DNA of 64,000 nt from an uncultured Mollicutes bacterium. Lineage in GTDB: Bacteria; Bacillota_I; Bacilli_A; RF39; UBA660. Both the position numbers and the translations under genes were made by a program. The DNA lies in contig CANTCS010000002.1 of NCBI GenBank assembly GCA_947652375.1, positions 15,080 to 79,079 on the forward strand, written 5' to 3'. The notes beneath the pieces were generated by a model, which saw nothing but the letters and a program-made list of their open reading frames with translations, did not search any database and was not told the DNA's origin. Shown here one piece after another: positions 18,179 through 27,731 of this stretch (its first letter is position 1; each line of letters opens with the position of its first letter).

Positions 18179-19179
18179 TACATTTCACCTCGATAACTAT
18201 ATATTTTATTAATAACTTTGGGATTATATTCAACCATGCAGAGATCAATATTATTATCACTTGCTATTTTTTTTGATAAATAAATTGAATTTAAATTAAG
18301 TAAAAACTCTTTTCTTAAAATATCTTGATATTTTTCTGTTGAGGATAATTCAATGATATTTTTATATTCTTTTTTTAATAAATCTAAAAGCAAATAATCT
18401 AAATCCTTTTTTTGATGCTCTAAATAAATTAAAGCATTTGTTGGATTATTATTTATTAGATTACTCCTTCCATGACAGAATGAACCTTTATCATGTACAA
18501 CAGCTGGTGTTGTTCCTGTTTCAACTAAATTTGATTCTAATGTTTTTGCAGCACAACTTGTGTCATATCCACTCATTATTTCAATATTTAATCCTTGAAA
18601 ATTTAAAGGATAATTTTCGTAATATTTACTATTTTCAAAACAATAATCTAAGAACTCATGCAATTCTTCACTTTTATATGTTCCATTATTTATTTCATTA
18701 CTTTTTAAAAATAAACTCATAGGTATTAGTGTAGTAGCTAATGAAACAAAACTTTTTTCTTTATCTACCATATTGTATTGTAGTAAAACTGTTTTACTAT
18801 CTTCTACTTTATTAGAGCCTGTTATTAAATATTTTTTTCCTCTAAATTTTTCTAAAGCATTTGATATACCATTAGTTCTTCCACTATAACTAATGCAAAA
18901 TAAATTTTCAAAACTTGCAATATTTTCTTTGTAATCAAATGATCTAGGTTCTATAACTTCACAAATTATATTGTATCTTTCTAAGACTTTTTTCAAAAAT
19001 TCTGCTACTACTACAGACCCTCCTGTTGCTACTATTAGAGTTGCTCCTTTTAAATTACTTATTATATTAGCTAACATCTCTGCTAAATTATCTATTGTTT
19101 TATCAGAATATAAAACACGTTCTTTTATTTTTTTAAAATTAATTAAAGAACTTTCTGTATAAGAATGTTTTAAAGACAT
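18178..19179 (-). CDS. double SIS-domain protein (sugar-phosphate isomerase/binding fold)
   Basis: ATLIVATGGSVVVAEF and LFCISYSGRTNGISNAL resemble SIS motifs. Its ~330-aa length is typical of two-SIS proteins. Its stop overlaps the Ham1 start. Confidence 0.6.
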   Translation of the reverse strand: MSLKHSYTESSLINFKKIKERVLYSDKTIDNLAEMLANIISNLKGATLIVATGGSVVVAEFLKKVLERYNIICEVIEPRSFDYKENIASFENLFCISYSGRTNGISNALEKFRGKKYLITGSNKVEDSKTVLLQYNMVDKEKSFVSLATTLIPMSLFLKSNEINNGTYKSEELHEFLDYCFENSKYYENYPLNFQGLNIEIMSGYDTSCAAKTLESNLVETGTTPAVVHDKGSFCHGRSNLINNNPTNALIYLEHQKKDLDYLLLDLLKKEYKNIIELSSTEKYQDILRKEFLLNLNSIYLSKKIASDNNIDLCMVEYNPKVINKIYSYRGEM

Positions 19180-19232
19180 ATAATTCTCCTTTCAATATAA
19201 TCATATCAAATATAGTGGTAATATATATGTCA

Positions 19233-19706
19233 CTAATAATATTCTTCTAACATTTTTATATTTTCAATTCTATTTAAATAAAAATGTCTTATTTCTTGTC
19301 TTTTTTCACAGTATGCTGCTATACCCCATTCATTATTTAAAAGTTCCATTTCATAAGGATGAATTATTCTTTCTGTTAGTTCTTTTCCTTTAAAATAATA
19401 AGATATATGACATTTCTTTTTTTCTTTTATAGATCTATTTAAAATTTTATATGAATTTTTATTATTTAGTACTATTTCTTTAGTTGGAATAAATCTTTTA
19501 GGAATATTCAATTCTTGATTTAGTATATACCCGCCATAAGGACCTTTAATTGTATGAAGATAAATTCCAGCTTTTTCGAGTTCATCTTTGTATACTCTTA
19601 TCATACGAGATGATACTTCTAGTTCTTCTGATAATTCTTTAATACTATATTTTTTTCCTGTACTTAACAATTCTAGCATACATAAAACGTTTGATACTTT
19701 AGACAT
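19233..19706 (-). CDS. HTH + WYL domain transcriptional regulator (short form)
   Basis: N-terminal wHTH (YSIKELSEELEVSSRMIRVYKDELEKAG) and C-terminal IIHPYEMELLNNEWGIAAYCEKRQEIRHFYLNRI, which matches the WYL-domain pattern. Confidence 0.75.
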   Translation of the reverse strand: MSKVSNVLCMLELLSTGKKYSIKELSEELEVSSRMIRVYKDELEKAGIYLHTIKGPYGGYILNQELNIPKRFIPTKEIVLNNKNSYKILNRSIKEKKKCHISYYFKGKELTERIIHPYEMELLNNEWGIAAYCEKRQEIRHFYLNRIENIKMLEEYY

Positions 19707-19777
19707 AGCTTTCTCCTTACTTTTTTTATATTATAAACAAAAAAAGAACTTTTGCAAGTTACTCTTTTATAAAATTC

Positions 19778-20536
19778 TTATTTAATGTATTTTTTTGCAA
19801 AATACTCATCAATATAATCAATAAATTCTTTATAATTACTAATACGATAATCTGTTAAAGAATTTATCTTTTCTCGATCGATATCAGCATATTGGTCATA
19901 TATATTAACAACTTCTATACCAGCATTGTGACTGGCTAAAACACCAGTGTAGGAATCTTCAAATATTAAGCATTCACTTTTAGACGCATGATAAAAATTT
20001 ATAATATTTTCATATATTTCAGGATGTGTTTTTTTATTTTTTACTTCATCTTTAGTTGTTATTAAATCAAACATTTCATTAATATTCATTTGACTAAGCA
20101 TCTTTTTATTTTTTTTAGTATAAATTTCCATTTGAAATCTAGGTGCCATAGTTGCAAGTATTAATGTAAAACCTAATTTTTTTAATTTTATTAAAAGATT
20201 TACAACATCTTTTTTAAAGTCCATATCCTTTTCTAATATTTCGCTAGATATTGACCATCTAATTTTTAATAAATCTTCTTTATCTTTTATAATTAAATTA
20301 TGTTTTTTTATTATATATTCACAATATGCAAGATAAATATCTGTGTCATGATGATTATTTAGAAAATCATCACGTTCTTGTTGTACTTCATCTTCAGTTA
20401 ATTCTTTATTACCATATTTTTTAATAATAAATTGATCTGTTTTATTCCATATCCCAATAGAGTCAATTAATGTACCATCTAAATCAAAAATAAGATATTT
20501 TTTATTTTTTAAATTTAGTTCACTAATATTTTTCAT
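19778..20536 (-). CDS. HAD-superfamily hydrolase (beta-phosphoglucomutase-like subfamily)
   Basis: Motif I FDLDGTLIDS and motif IV EDSYTGVLASHNAG. Confidence 0.8.
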   Translation of the reverse strand: MKNISELNLKNKKYLIFDLDGTLIDSIGIWNKTDQFIIKKYGNKELTEDEVQQERDDFLNNHHDTDIYLAYCEYIIKKHNLIIKDKEDLLKIRWSISSEILEKDMDFKKDVVNLLIKLKKLGFTLILATMAPRFQMEIYTKKNKKMLSQMNINEMFDLITTKDEVKNKKTHPEIYENIINFYHASKSECLIFEDSYTGVLASHNAGIEVVNIYDQYADIDREKINSLTDYRISNYKEFIDYIDEYFAKKYIK

Positions 20537-21110
20537 TATTTATTCACTTCTTTCGTTAAGAAATTTTTTCAGTTTTAAAATTAATGTTTTTGTATCTTTT
20601 TGATCTTCTTTTCTTATAATATTATTATTTATAGCATCTGTCATACAAATAAGTTCTGTTAAATTCATATTTTTAGAATATAGAATTTCATATAAATCTT
20701 TTATAGGAACCACTCTAGTTTTTTTCCAACTCCTTACAAAATTGTTATCTAAATAAGAAAAACAAGAACAAGTTATATAATAATAATTATCATCTTCTAT
20801 ATGTCCTGAAAATTTAATGATTCTATTTTACCAATCTTCTTTGACTTCGTCAAATAAAATTGAATCTATCTGTTCATATTTCGTACCATCTGAATGATAC
20901 CTATATACACTCCACCATTTACTACTACTAATTCTTATATATATTATTTTTATTAAATCATTTTCTGAGAATACATTGTCTGTTTCTATATCTCATTTAC
21001 TATTTTGTATTTGTTAAATTGTTTTAGATATTCTATTATCGATTGATTTTCTAATAAGGAAAAATCTATTTTTTTATCATCTCTATCATAGTCATATTCC
21101 AACCTTAAAT
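20537..21110 (-). pseudogene. decayed gene of unknown family (several in-frame stops and frameshifts)
   Basis: My minus-strand translation gives long coding-like pieces: ...YDYDRDDKKIDFSLLENQSIIEYLKQFNKYKIVNEI*, ...SSKWWSVYRYHSDGTKYEQIDSILFDEVKEDW*, and NRIIKFSGHIEDDNYYYITCSCFSYLDNNFVRSWKK...LKKFLNERSE*. No intact ORF of 60 aa or more is in the track. Confidence 0.45.
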
Positions 21111-21270
21111 ATAATATTTATAAAATTTATTAAACTAAAAAATACTTTTATTACATATTTACTATTTTAAATGATTGATATTAATTTAACAATGTTATTA
21201 ATTTTTCTTTTCTAATACCTCATCAACTTCTAATTTTTCTTTTAATATTTGCATAATTAACCAAATTTTT

Positions 21271-21302
21271 TTAAACAAAAAAGATTAATCAAAATTAATC
21301 TT
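21271..21302 (-). terminator. intrinsic terminator after tRNA-Ala
   Basis: On the minus strand: AAGATTAAT-TTTG-ATTAATCTT followed by TTTTGTTT. Confidence 0.6.
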
Positions 21303-21341
21303 TATATTTTAAAAGTCAAATTGATTCGACTGATTTCTCTA

Positions 21342-21417
21342 TGGTGGAGCATAGCGGGATCGAACCGCTGACCTCCACGGTGCAAACGTGGCGCTCTCCC
21401 AGCTGAGCTAATGCCCC
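21342..21417 (-). tRNA. tRNA-Ala (anticodon UGC), CCA encoded
   Basis: Minus-strand sequence GGGGCATTAGCTCAGCTGGGAGAGCGCCACGTTTGCACCGTGGAGGTCAGCGGTTCGATCCCGCTATGCTCCACCA. It folds as a cloverleaf, has the G3:U70 Ala identity pair, and has the anticodon loop TTTGCAC. Confidence 0.95.
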
Positions 21418-21444
21418 ATAATCACTTTTCCAAGCGACAAATTG

Positions 21445-21474
21445 ATTATAGCATAGCATTTTTTTAAAAGTCAA
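21445..21474 (-). promoter_or_regulatory. sigma-A type promoter of tRNA-Ala
   Basis: On the minus strand: TTGACT, an 18-nt spacer, then TATAAT with an upstream TGC. It overlaps the stop of the spoIVFB-like gene. Confidence 0.45.
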
Positions 21475-22223
21475 CGTTTTTTAGAAAAATTTTGATATTT
21501 TTTTATTAAATAGTCTTTTTCTAAGTAATAAATATAATTTTCTTTAACTAAATGACGTCTGTTTCGATAAAAATTATTAATATTATTAACTATTTTACTG
21601 TTATTAAAATTGTAATTATTTAAATATCTTTCTAAGATAAATTTATTATGGAGATGATTAACTTTTCTTTTTTCTTTAGTAATTAAAAATAAAGCTAAAA
21701 TTAACATTACAATAATATTTATTGTAAATTCTCTTTTTATAAATAATATAAAGATAATAATTAAATAACTTAAATAAATCGAAAGTTTTAAACTTAGTTT
21801 GTATGGTATGAAAATTGATAAAATTAGATTTATTATTTTTCCTCCATCTAGAGGATAAATTGGTAGAAGATTAAAAAATAAGATTCCATAATGATATAGT
21901 AATATTAAATCTTTATTAGATGGTAAAAGTAAAATTAGAAAAAAACATGCAATTACTTGAAAGAGTGGACCACCAATTAGAATTAAAAATTCTTTAAAAA
22001 TACTAAAATTTAGTGGCATATTAAATTTAGAGATACCACCTAATGGGTAAATATAAATTTTATCTACTTCAATGCCTAATATAAATGCTAAAGAGAAGTG
22101 CCCTAGTTCATGAATTACAATTAAGAAACTAATAATAAAAAAGTTTTTAAAAGAAGCTGTTAATATTGCTAGTAAAGCAAAAATATAAACTAATAAATTA
22201 ACTTTAAATATATTTTTGATAAT
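21471..22223 (-). CDS. spoIVFB: site-2 (M50) intramembrane metalloprotease, SpoIVFB-like
   Basis: Track ORF 21471..22019 starts downstream of the catalytic motif. The same frame is open upstream to a TAG at 22224-22226 and encodes ...FLIVIHELGHFSLAFILGIEVDKIYIYPLGGIS. I extended the 5' end to the first sense codon (ATT), so the start is uncertain. Confidence 0.7.
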   Translation of the reverse strand: MIKNIFKVNLLVYIFALLAILTASFKNFFIISFLIVIHELGHFSLAFILGIEVDKIYIYPLGGISKFNMPLNFSIFKEFLILIGGPLFQVIACFFLILLLPSNKDLILLYHYGILFFNLLPIYPLDGGKIINLILSIFIPYKLSLKLSIYLSYLIIIFILFIKREFTINIIVMLILALFLITKEKRKVNHLHNKFILERYLNNYNFNNSKIVNNINNFYRNRRHLVKENYIYYLEKDYLIKKYQNFSKKR

Positions 22224-22773
22224 CTAAATACTCTCCATTTTTTTGAAAACATAAATATAAATTATTGCCTTTAGTTTCTCCCAGTAATTCACCTTTTTCT
22301 ATATAATCATATAATTTAATATTATTAAAATTTATATTCGAATAAAATGTATCGATACCATCAATTTGTTCAATTATTATGGTAGTTCCATAATTTTCTT
22401 TTTCGCCAATATAGACAACTATGCCGCTTTCAATTGCTGGAACCATATAATTATTTGAAACTTTTAGTTTTACTCCTTTTTCAAAAGATTCTTTTTTTTC
22501 AAAGGCTAAGTTTTCATTAAAAACAGGTTGTTCTTTTTTTATTACTTTATCTAAAGATAAAATATTTCCAAAGTACTTTTCATAAGCTGTTTTTGCCTTA
22601 GTAAACTTGAAATTTTTTTCATAGACATTGTCATTTAAAATTTTCTTTAAGTTGGGATTAGCTTTAACTGTAATCATTCCTACTAGAAAAAATACAATTG
22701 TAAGCATTAATTTATTTAAAGTTTTTTTGACTGATTTTTTTAGTATTAATCTTTCTTCGACTCTTTTTTTCAT
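22204..22773 (-). CDS. spoIVFA: M23/LytM-domain membrane protein, SpoIVFA-like
   Basis: N-terminal TM and a C-terminal degenerate LytM domain (PAIESGIVVYIGEKENYGTTIIIEQ). It sits immediately upstream of the M50 protease as in the Bacillus spoIVF operon. Confidence 0.6.
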   Translation of the reverse strand: MKKRVEERLILKKSVKKTLNKLMLTIVFFLVGMITVKANPNLKKILNDNVYEKNFKFTKAKTAYEKYFGNILSLDKVIKKEQPVFNENLAFEKKESFEKGVKLKVSNNYMVPAIESGIVVYIGEKENYGTTIIIEQIDGIDTFYSNINFNNIKLYDYIEKGELLGETKGNNLYLCFQKNGEYLDYQKYI

Positions 22774-22821
22774 ATTTATCTCCTCATCTACTTAATTATA
22801 TTAAAAAAAAACATAAGTATG

Positions 22822-23328
22822 CTAATTTATACTTATGTTTTTATATTTCTTTGGTATTAATTTTATAATGAGATAAAGTATTTCAATATATACAATATTT
22901 AATAAAACACTATGAGATATTTTGTATATTACTTTTGTTATTGTTATTGGGACTAAGTTAAATATAAGTATGATTAAAGCTGTCAAAATTTCATAAGTTG
23001 TAATTAATATAACAGAGTAAATCATTATTTTCAAAAAATTAATTTCAAAATTTTTATAAATAACTTTTGTAAGAATTCCTGTAACTAAAAATAATATTGC
23101 ATTGAAAAACAGAAGATTGGTATATAGTAAATCATAGATTATCCCTACAATAAATAAAATTAAGTAGAATCTTGATTCTTTCTTTCGAAAAAATGGATAA
23201 ATAATAAAAATGCTCACTAGAGTTAATAATGGAGTAAAAAGTGATAAATCATTAACTAAAAAAGGTAAAAAATTAGTTAAAACGCCATCTAAAATAAGAG
23301 AAATTATAATTATGATTAATGGTATCAT
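22822..23328 (-). CDS. mreD: rod shape-determining protein MreD
   Basis: 168-aa polytopic protein directly after mreC. Confidence 0.8.
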   Translation of the reverse strand: MIPLIIIIISLILDGVLTNFLPFLVNDLSLFTPLLTLVSIFIIYPFFRKKESRFYLILFIVGIIYDLLYTNLLFFNAILFLVTGILTKVIYKNFEINFLKIMIYSVILITTYEILTALIILIFNLVPITITKVIYKISHSVLLNIVYIEILYLIIKLIPKKYKNISIN

Positions 23329-23329
23329 T

Positions 23330-24109
23330 TTACTTCACCTTTAAAACAGTTACATAATGGATGTCGTTAAAATTTTGAGATGTTTTTATAAAAATATCTT
23401 TACTTAGATTATATTTATCACTTTTTATCTTTTCAACCGTTCCTATAAAAATGCCCGCTGGAAACATTTCTCCTAAACCACTAGTTAACACTTTATCACC
23501 TTTATTAATAGTTGTTGTTTTATCTATTCCTGATGCTTTAATAAGACTATTTTTTTTATTGTAGCCATTTAAGACAGCATAATTATCAACATCATTAGTT
23601 TTTATTGCTATACTAACTTTAAAATTTATATCATCTGATGTGATTAATTTTATTTCACTAGAGTATGTATAAACTTTAGATATTTTACCAATTAATCCAT
23701 TTTTTGTTATAACAGCCATATTTTTTTTAATACCTGATTTTTTACCTTTATCTATAGTAATAGTATTAAACCAGTAACTTTTATTTCGAGAAAGAATAGT
23801 TGCATTAATTGGCTCATACTCTGTTAAAGTTTTATTTAATTCTAAAGTATCTTTTAATTCTTTTATTTCTTTTTCTAAAGAGGTATTGACATTTTTTTGA
23901 ATTGTGTAACTCTCACTTTGATTAAAATCATTTTTTGAAGTTAGTGATGTAAAAGGAGACATTATAATATCTTTAGCAAAAGTTTCAATAAATCCTGTTT
24001 TTCGATTTAGAATAATAGAAATTATTAATAGTATAATTATTATAATACTTATAATTATCGCAGCAATTAGTTTTTTCTTTTTTATTTTTTTATTATACAT
24101 TTTTATCAT
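23330..24109 (-). CDS. mreC: rod shape-determining protein MreC
   Basis: N-terminal TM, a coiled coil, and beta domains with GLIGKISKV and GIFIGTVEKI motifs. Confidence 0.85.
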   Translation of the reverse strand: MIKMYNKKIKKKKLIAAIIISIIIIILLIISIILNRKTGFIETFAKDIIMSPFTSLTSKNDFNQSESYTIQKNVNTSLEKEIKELKDTLELNKTLTEYEPINATILSRNKSYWFNTITIDKGKKSGIKKNMAVITKNGLIGKISKVYTYSSEIKLITSDDINFKVSIAIKTNDVDNYAVLNGYNKKNSLIKASGIDKTTTINKGDKVLTSGLGEMFPAGIFIGTVEKIKSDKYNLSKDIFIKTSQNFNDIHYVTVLKVK

Positions 24110-24149
24110 CTCACCTCTTCATTATATTATAAATTAAACATAGTTACAA

Positions 24150-24830
24150 TTAAAGATTTAGAATATTACTATGTTCATAAAAACTATAAAAAGAATTTTC
24201 TCCAACTATTATATGATCAACTATTGGTATCCCTTGGATTGCTCCGGTTTTCATTAATCGTTCAGTAAAAAGTTTATCTGCTTGACTTGGAGTTACATCA
24301 TTAGATGGATGATTATGTAAGCAAACAATACTTGAAGCACTTAGTTTATATGCTTCTTTAAAAATTTCTCTTGTATGAGTTGTTGCTTGATTTAGAGTTC
24401 CCATAAAAATTAGTTTCCTTTCTATTAATTGTTGTTTATTGTTAAAATAATAGCAATAAAAGTATTCTTGTTTAACTCCTGAGAATAAATATTTAGATGA
24501 TTCCCAAATTTCCTTAGGAGTTGATAATTTTTTTAATTTTTTAGGTTCTTTTAAAAATATTCTTTTACCTAATTCTATTGCGGCTAGAAGTTCTATAGCT
24601 TTAACTTCACCTATGCCATTGATTTTTGTTAAATCTTTTAAATTTAGTTCTCTAAAATCTAGTAATTCAAAATTTTTTAAAATTTCTAAGGCAATATCAC
24701 TTACATTCTTATGTTTAATACCTGTTTTTAAAATAATAGATAGCAGTTCTTTATCAGTTAAATTTGAAGCCCCAACCTCTTTTAATCTTTCTCTAGGTCT
24801 TTCTGTTATAGGTATTTCTTTTATTTTCAA
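24150..24830 (-). CDS. radC: RadC-family JAB-domain protein
   Basis: HhH region (INGIGEVKAIEL) and JAMM motif LHNHPSNDVTPSQAD. Confidence 0.9.
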   Translation of the reverse strand: MKIKEIPITERPRERLKEVGASNLTDKELLSIILKTGIKHKNVSDIALEILKNFELLDFRELNLKDLTKINGIGEVKAIELLAAIELGKRIFLKEPKKLKKLSTPKEIWESSKYLFSGVKQEYFYCYYFNNKQQLIERKLIFMGTLNQATTHTREIFKEAYKLSASSIVCLHNHPSNDVTPSQADKLFTERLMKTGAIQGIPIVDHIIVGENSFYSFYEHSNILNL

Positions 24831-24879
24831 GTATTTTTCTCCTCTATTATATTATTTACATAATTTTGAAATTTACTAG

Positions 24880-25338
24880 TTATTTTAATAATTCTTCATA
24901 ATTTGCTAGAACAACTTCTTCTATAGTTAATATTTCTTCTTTATTATTTGTAGCATTTATTAAAAGATCAAATTGAGATACATTATTAGAAAATTCTTCA
25001 TTTTCTAAATATTTTTCTTTTAAAATTAGCTTAATCCCTTTTTTATCATAAATATTTTTTATTTTATCAGCTACTTCTTTACTTTTTGTTATTCCTACAT
25101 AAACATAAAATTGATCATTTTTTTGTTCTACTACTTTATGAGAAATTTTTTCTAAATTACTTTCCATAATTTCTTTATTTGGGTAAATTCCTTCTTGTAA
25201 AAAAAAGTATGGGTCCCCTCGATCATTAAGACTACTTAAAAATAAATTTCTATTATTAAAGATAAAGTCTCCTATTACAAATCCTAATGTAATGAAAATT
25301 AGTCCTGAGATTATTATTTTTTTCAAATGTATCACCAT
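24880..25338 (-). CDS. hypothetical membrane-anchored protein (possibly SPOR-like)
   Basis: N-terminal TM. The C-terminal FYVYVGITKSKEVADKIKNIY pattern is reminiscent of SPOR repeats, but this is weak. Confidence 0.4.
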   Translation of the reverse strand: MVIHLKKIIISGLIFITLGFVIGDFIFNNRNLFLSSLNDRGDPYFFLQEGIYPNKEIMESNLEKISHKVVEQKNDQFYVYVGITKSKEVADKIKNIYDKKGIKLILKEKYLENEEFSNNVSQFDLLINATNNKEEILTIEEVVLANYEELLK

Positions 25339-25386
25339 ATTTAATGTAACATTTTAGAAAATCGAAATTTGTCAAAAAATAGACAC

Positions 25387-27567
25387 TTAATGTAAATAAG
25401 TGTCTTTATTTTTAGTTTGAAGTTCCTTAATAGTTACAAATAATATAATTATAAGTCCTCCGATAAATAAATATATCCAAAAAGGAGTGCTTTCAAATAA
25501 ATATTTTAGTGAAAGTAAGATATTTAGAATTGTTATTGTTATTCCAGTAATAAAAAGTGGTAAGAGATTTTTATTATTGTAAGATATTAAAAGTATACTT
25601 AGACCAATGAAGCCAATGAAAAGATTTATAATATAATTATCTATATATATTATTTCTTGGAAAGATATGATAATTCCTAAAATACCAAATATATTTTTAC
25701 TCTCTTTGCTACTTAAAAAATATTTACATAATATCCATGTAAGATAAAGAATTAAAATACTCTTAATCAGTAATCTTGAGATTTCTGTTATTAAAATTAA
25801 ATTTAAAAATTCATATAAAGGAAAAATTAAAATAAAATAATTTAGTTGCTTTAAGTCTTTATTTTTTATTATAACTAAAAATAAAATTAAAATTAATGTA
25901 AAAACTAAAATAGAATAAAAACTTGTTATATTAAATATATTATATTTAATAATTATTGTATAGATTGTATAGATTAAGACTGAATAAGAAAGATTAAGTT
26001 TTAATTTCTCTTTTTTAAGAGTGCTTGCTAGATAAAATATGTAAATAGAGGGAATTAATTGAAGTATTACCTCAAATTCTTGAAGTCTTTTTATATTTAT
26101 AATTGTTAAGATAAAACTTATAAGTATATATTTAAGATAAAGAGTTTTCTGTTTTTTAGTTTTTAAAAATATATGAATAAATATTAAAATAATTGTTGCT
26201 ACTACAAAAGCTCCACTTTGGGAAAATATTTTTAAATTTTTTAAGTAGTCAAGATTAACTAATGAGACTACTAGAAAAAATATGGTAAGTGGTTTTAAAT
26301 TATTAGCTATTTTAATTAAATTAGAATTTTTTTGTTTAATTGCTACTACAAAATTAGTAAAAGAATAAATAAGAGCAATAACTAAACTAATTAAACTATT
26401 TTGTTCATAAACTAGAAGAAATAATAAAAACAAGGTTAATGAATAAAAGATGTAATTAAAACTTATAGTCTTATTTTTTAGTTTTAGCACATTAAATTTA
26501 GTTAAATAAATATTAACTGAAAGAAAAATTGATATAGCTAAATATTTGATAGAATCGCTAATATTTGTAACAGAAAAAGAAGTAAAAATAAATATATATG
26601 ATATTAGTAAATGTATTTTTTCAAAAAATTGGTCTTCTTCTTTGATGGCTAAATAATTTGAATTTAAAATATTTATTATCCCTGATAAAGTTAATAAAAG
26701 GTTATTGCTTTTAAAAAATTGAATTTGGAAAGATAAAAATAGTAATGATAATAATTTAGAGTAATTTTGAAGGGTAGTATTTTTTTTAGAAAAAATATTA
26801 ATCAAAAATATAGTAATAGAAAAAATTATTAAAATATAAATATTAGGTATAAAATGTCTTAACATATTGTAAATCGTTATTGTTAATGTTAAATAAGTTA
26901 AATAGATTAAATACTGTTTTGAAAATTTTAAATGAGTAGCATATAAAAGCCCTGTTATTACAAAAAAAGTTATTCCATAAGCTATATCTTTACCTAATCC
27001 TTGATAACTTATAAAACTTCCAAAGATACTAAATTGAAATATAGTTGTAAAAATCAAAACAAAGAAAGTCATACTTAATAGCCAATAAATATATGTTGTT
27101 TTAAATATCTTTAATTTATTTTCAATAGTACTTGACAATATTAAGAAAAATATTCCAATTGATAGAAGAATTGTAATTTTAAAATAACTGTTAATATATT
27201 CCCAGGTGTTTGTAGCAAAAAATATTCCTGATATAGCTATCATACCTATACCAATTTTTAATAATAAATCTAATTTTGTAGACTCTTTAAATTTAACTTT
27301 TGACGGTGGACCATTTATAAAATAAATGTTATCTAATTTATCTATAGCTATGAATATTAAAATAGCTACGATAAGATTAAATGGTAAAAGAATTATTGCT
27401 AAAAGATATAATAATTTTTTGTTTAAATATTTTTCATTAGAAATTATATATAGAATGAAACCACTAACTAATAAGATTTCTCTAAATAAAGGAATCTCTA
27501 TTGCAAGAATACCGATAAATAAATTAATGATACCTGCTATTTTTAACAATTTTGTTGATTTATCCAT
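25387..27567 (-). CDS. large polytopic membrane protein of unknown function
   Basis: 726 aa, hydrophobic almost throughout, with more than 15 predicted TM segments by eye. Confidence 0.6.
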   Translation of the reverse strand: MDKSTKLLKIAGIINLFIGILAIEIPLFREILLVSGFILYIISNEKYLNKKLLYLLAIILLPFNLIVAILIFIAIDKLDNIYFINGPPSKVKFKESTKLDLLLKIGIGMIAISGIFFATNTWEYINSYFKITILLSIGIFFLILSSTIENKLKIFKTTYIYWLLSMTFFVLIFTTIFQFSIFGSFISYQGLGKDIAYGITFFVITGLLYATHLKFSKQYLIYLTYLTLTITIYNMLRHFIPNIYILIIFSITIFLINIFSKKNTTLQNYSKLLSLLFLSFQIQFFKSNNLLLTLSGIINILNSNYLAIKEEDQFFEKIHLLISYIFIFTSFSVTNISDSIKYLAISIFLSVNIYLTKFNVLKLKNKTISFNYIFYSLTLFLLFLLVYEQNSLISLVIALIYSFTNFVVAIKQKNSNLIKIANNLKPLTIFFLVVSLVNLDYLKNLKIFSQSGAFVVATIILIFIHIFLKTKKQKTLYLKYILISFILTIINIKRLQEFEVILQLIPSIYIFYLASTLKKEKLKLNLSYSVLIYTIYTIIIKYNIFNITSFYSILVFTLILILFLVIIKNKDLKQLNYFILIFPLYEFLNLILITEISRLLIKSILILYLTWILCKYFLSSKESKNIFGILGIIISFQEIIYIDNYIINLFIGFIGLSILLISYNNKNLLPLFITGITITILNILLSLKYLFESTPFWIYLFIGGLIIILFVTIKELQTKNKDTYLH

Positions 27568-27688
27568 AAAATCACCTCTACTATATTTTATTATAAAGGT
27601 AAGATATTATTTTGTCTATTGCTTATTGTTTGATTTAAGATTTTGTTAATTTTTTGTATTGATTTATAAATTCAAGTGCAAATTTTAA

Positions 27689-27720
27689 TAAAAAAAAACA
27701 AGTTATAAAAATAACCTGTT
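27689..27720 (-). terminator. intrinsic terminator after valS
   Basis: On the minus strand: ACAGGTTAT-TTT-ATAACTTGT followed by T9. Confidence 0.6.
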
Positions 27721-27731
27721 TTACTATTTAT

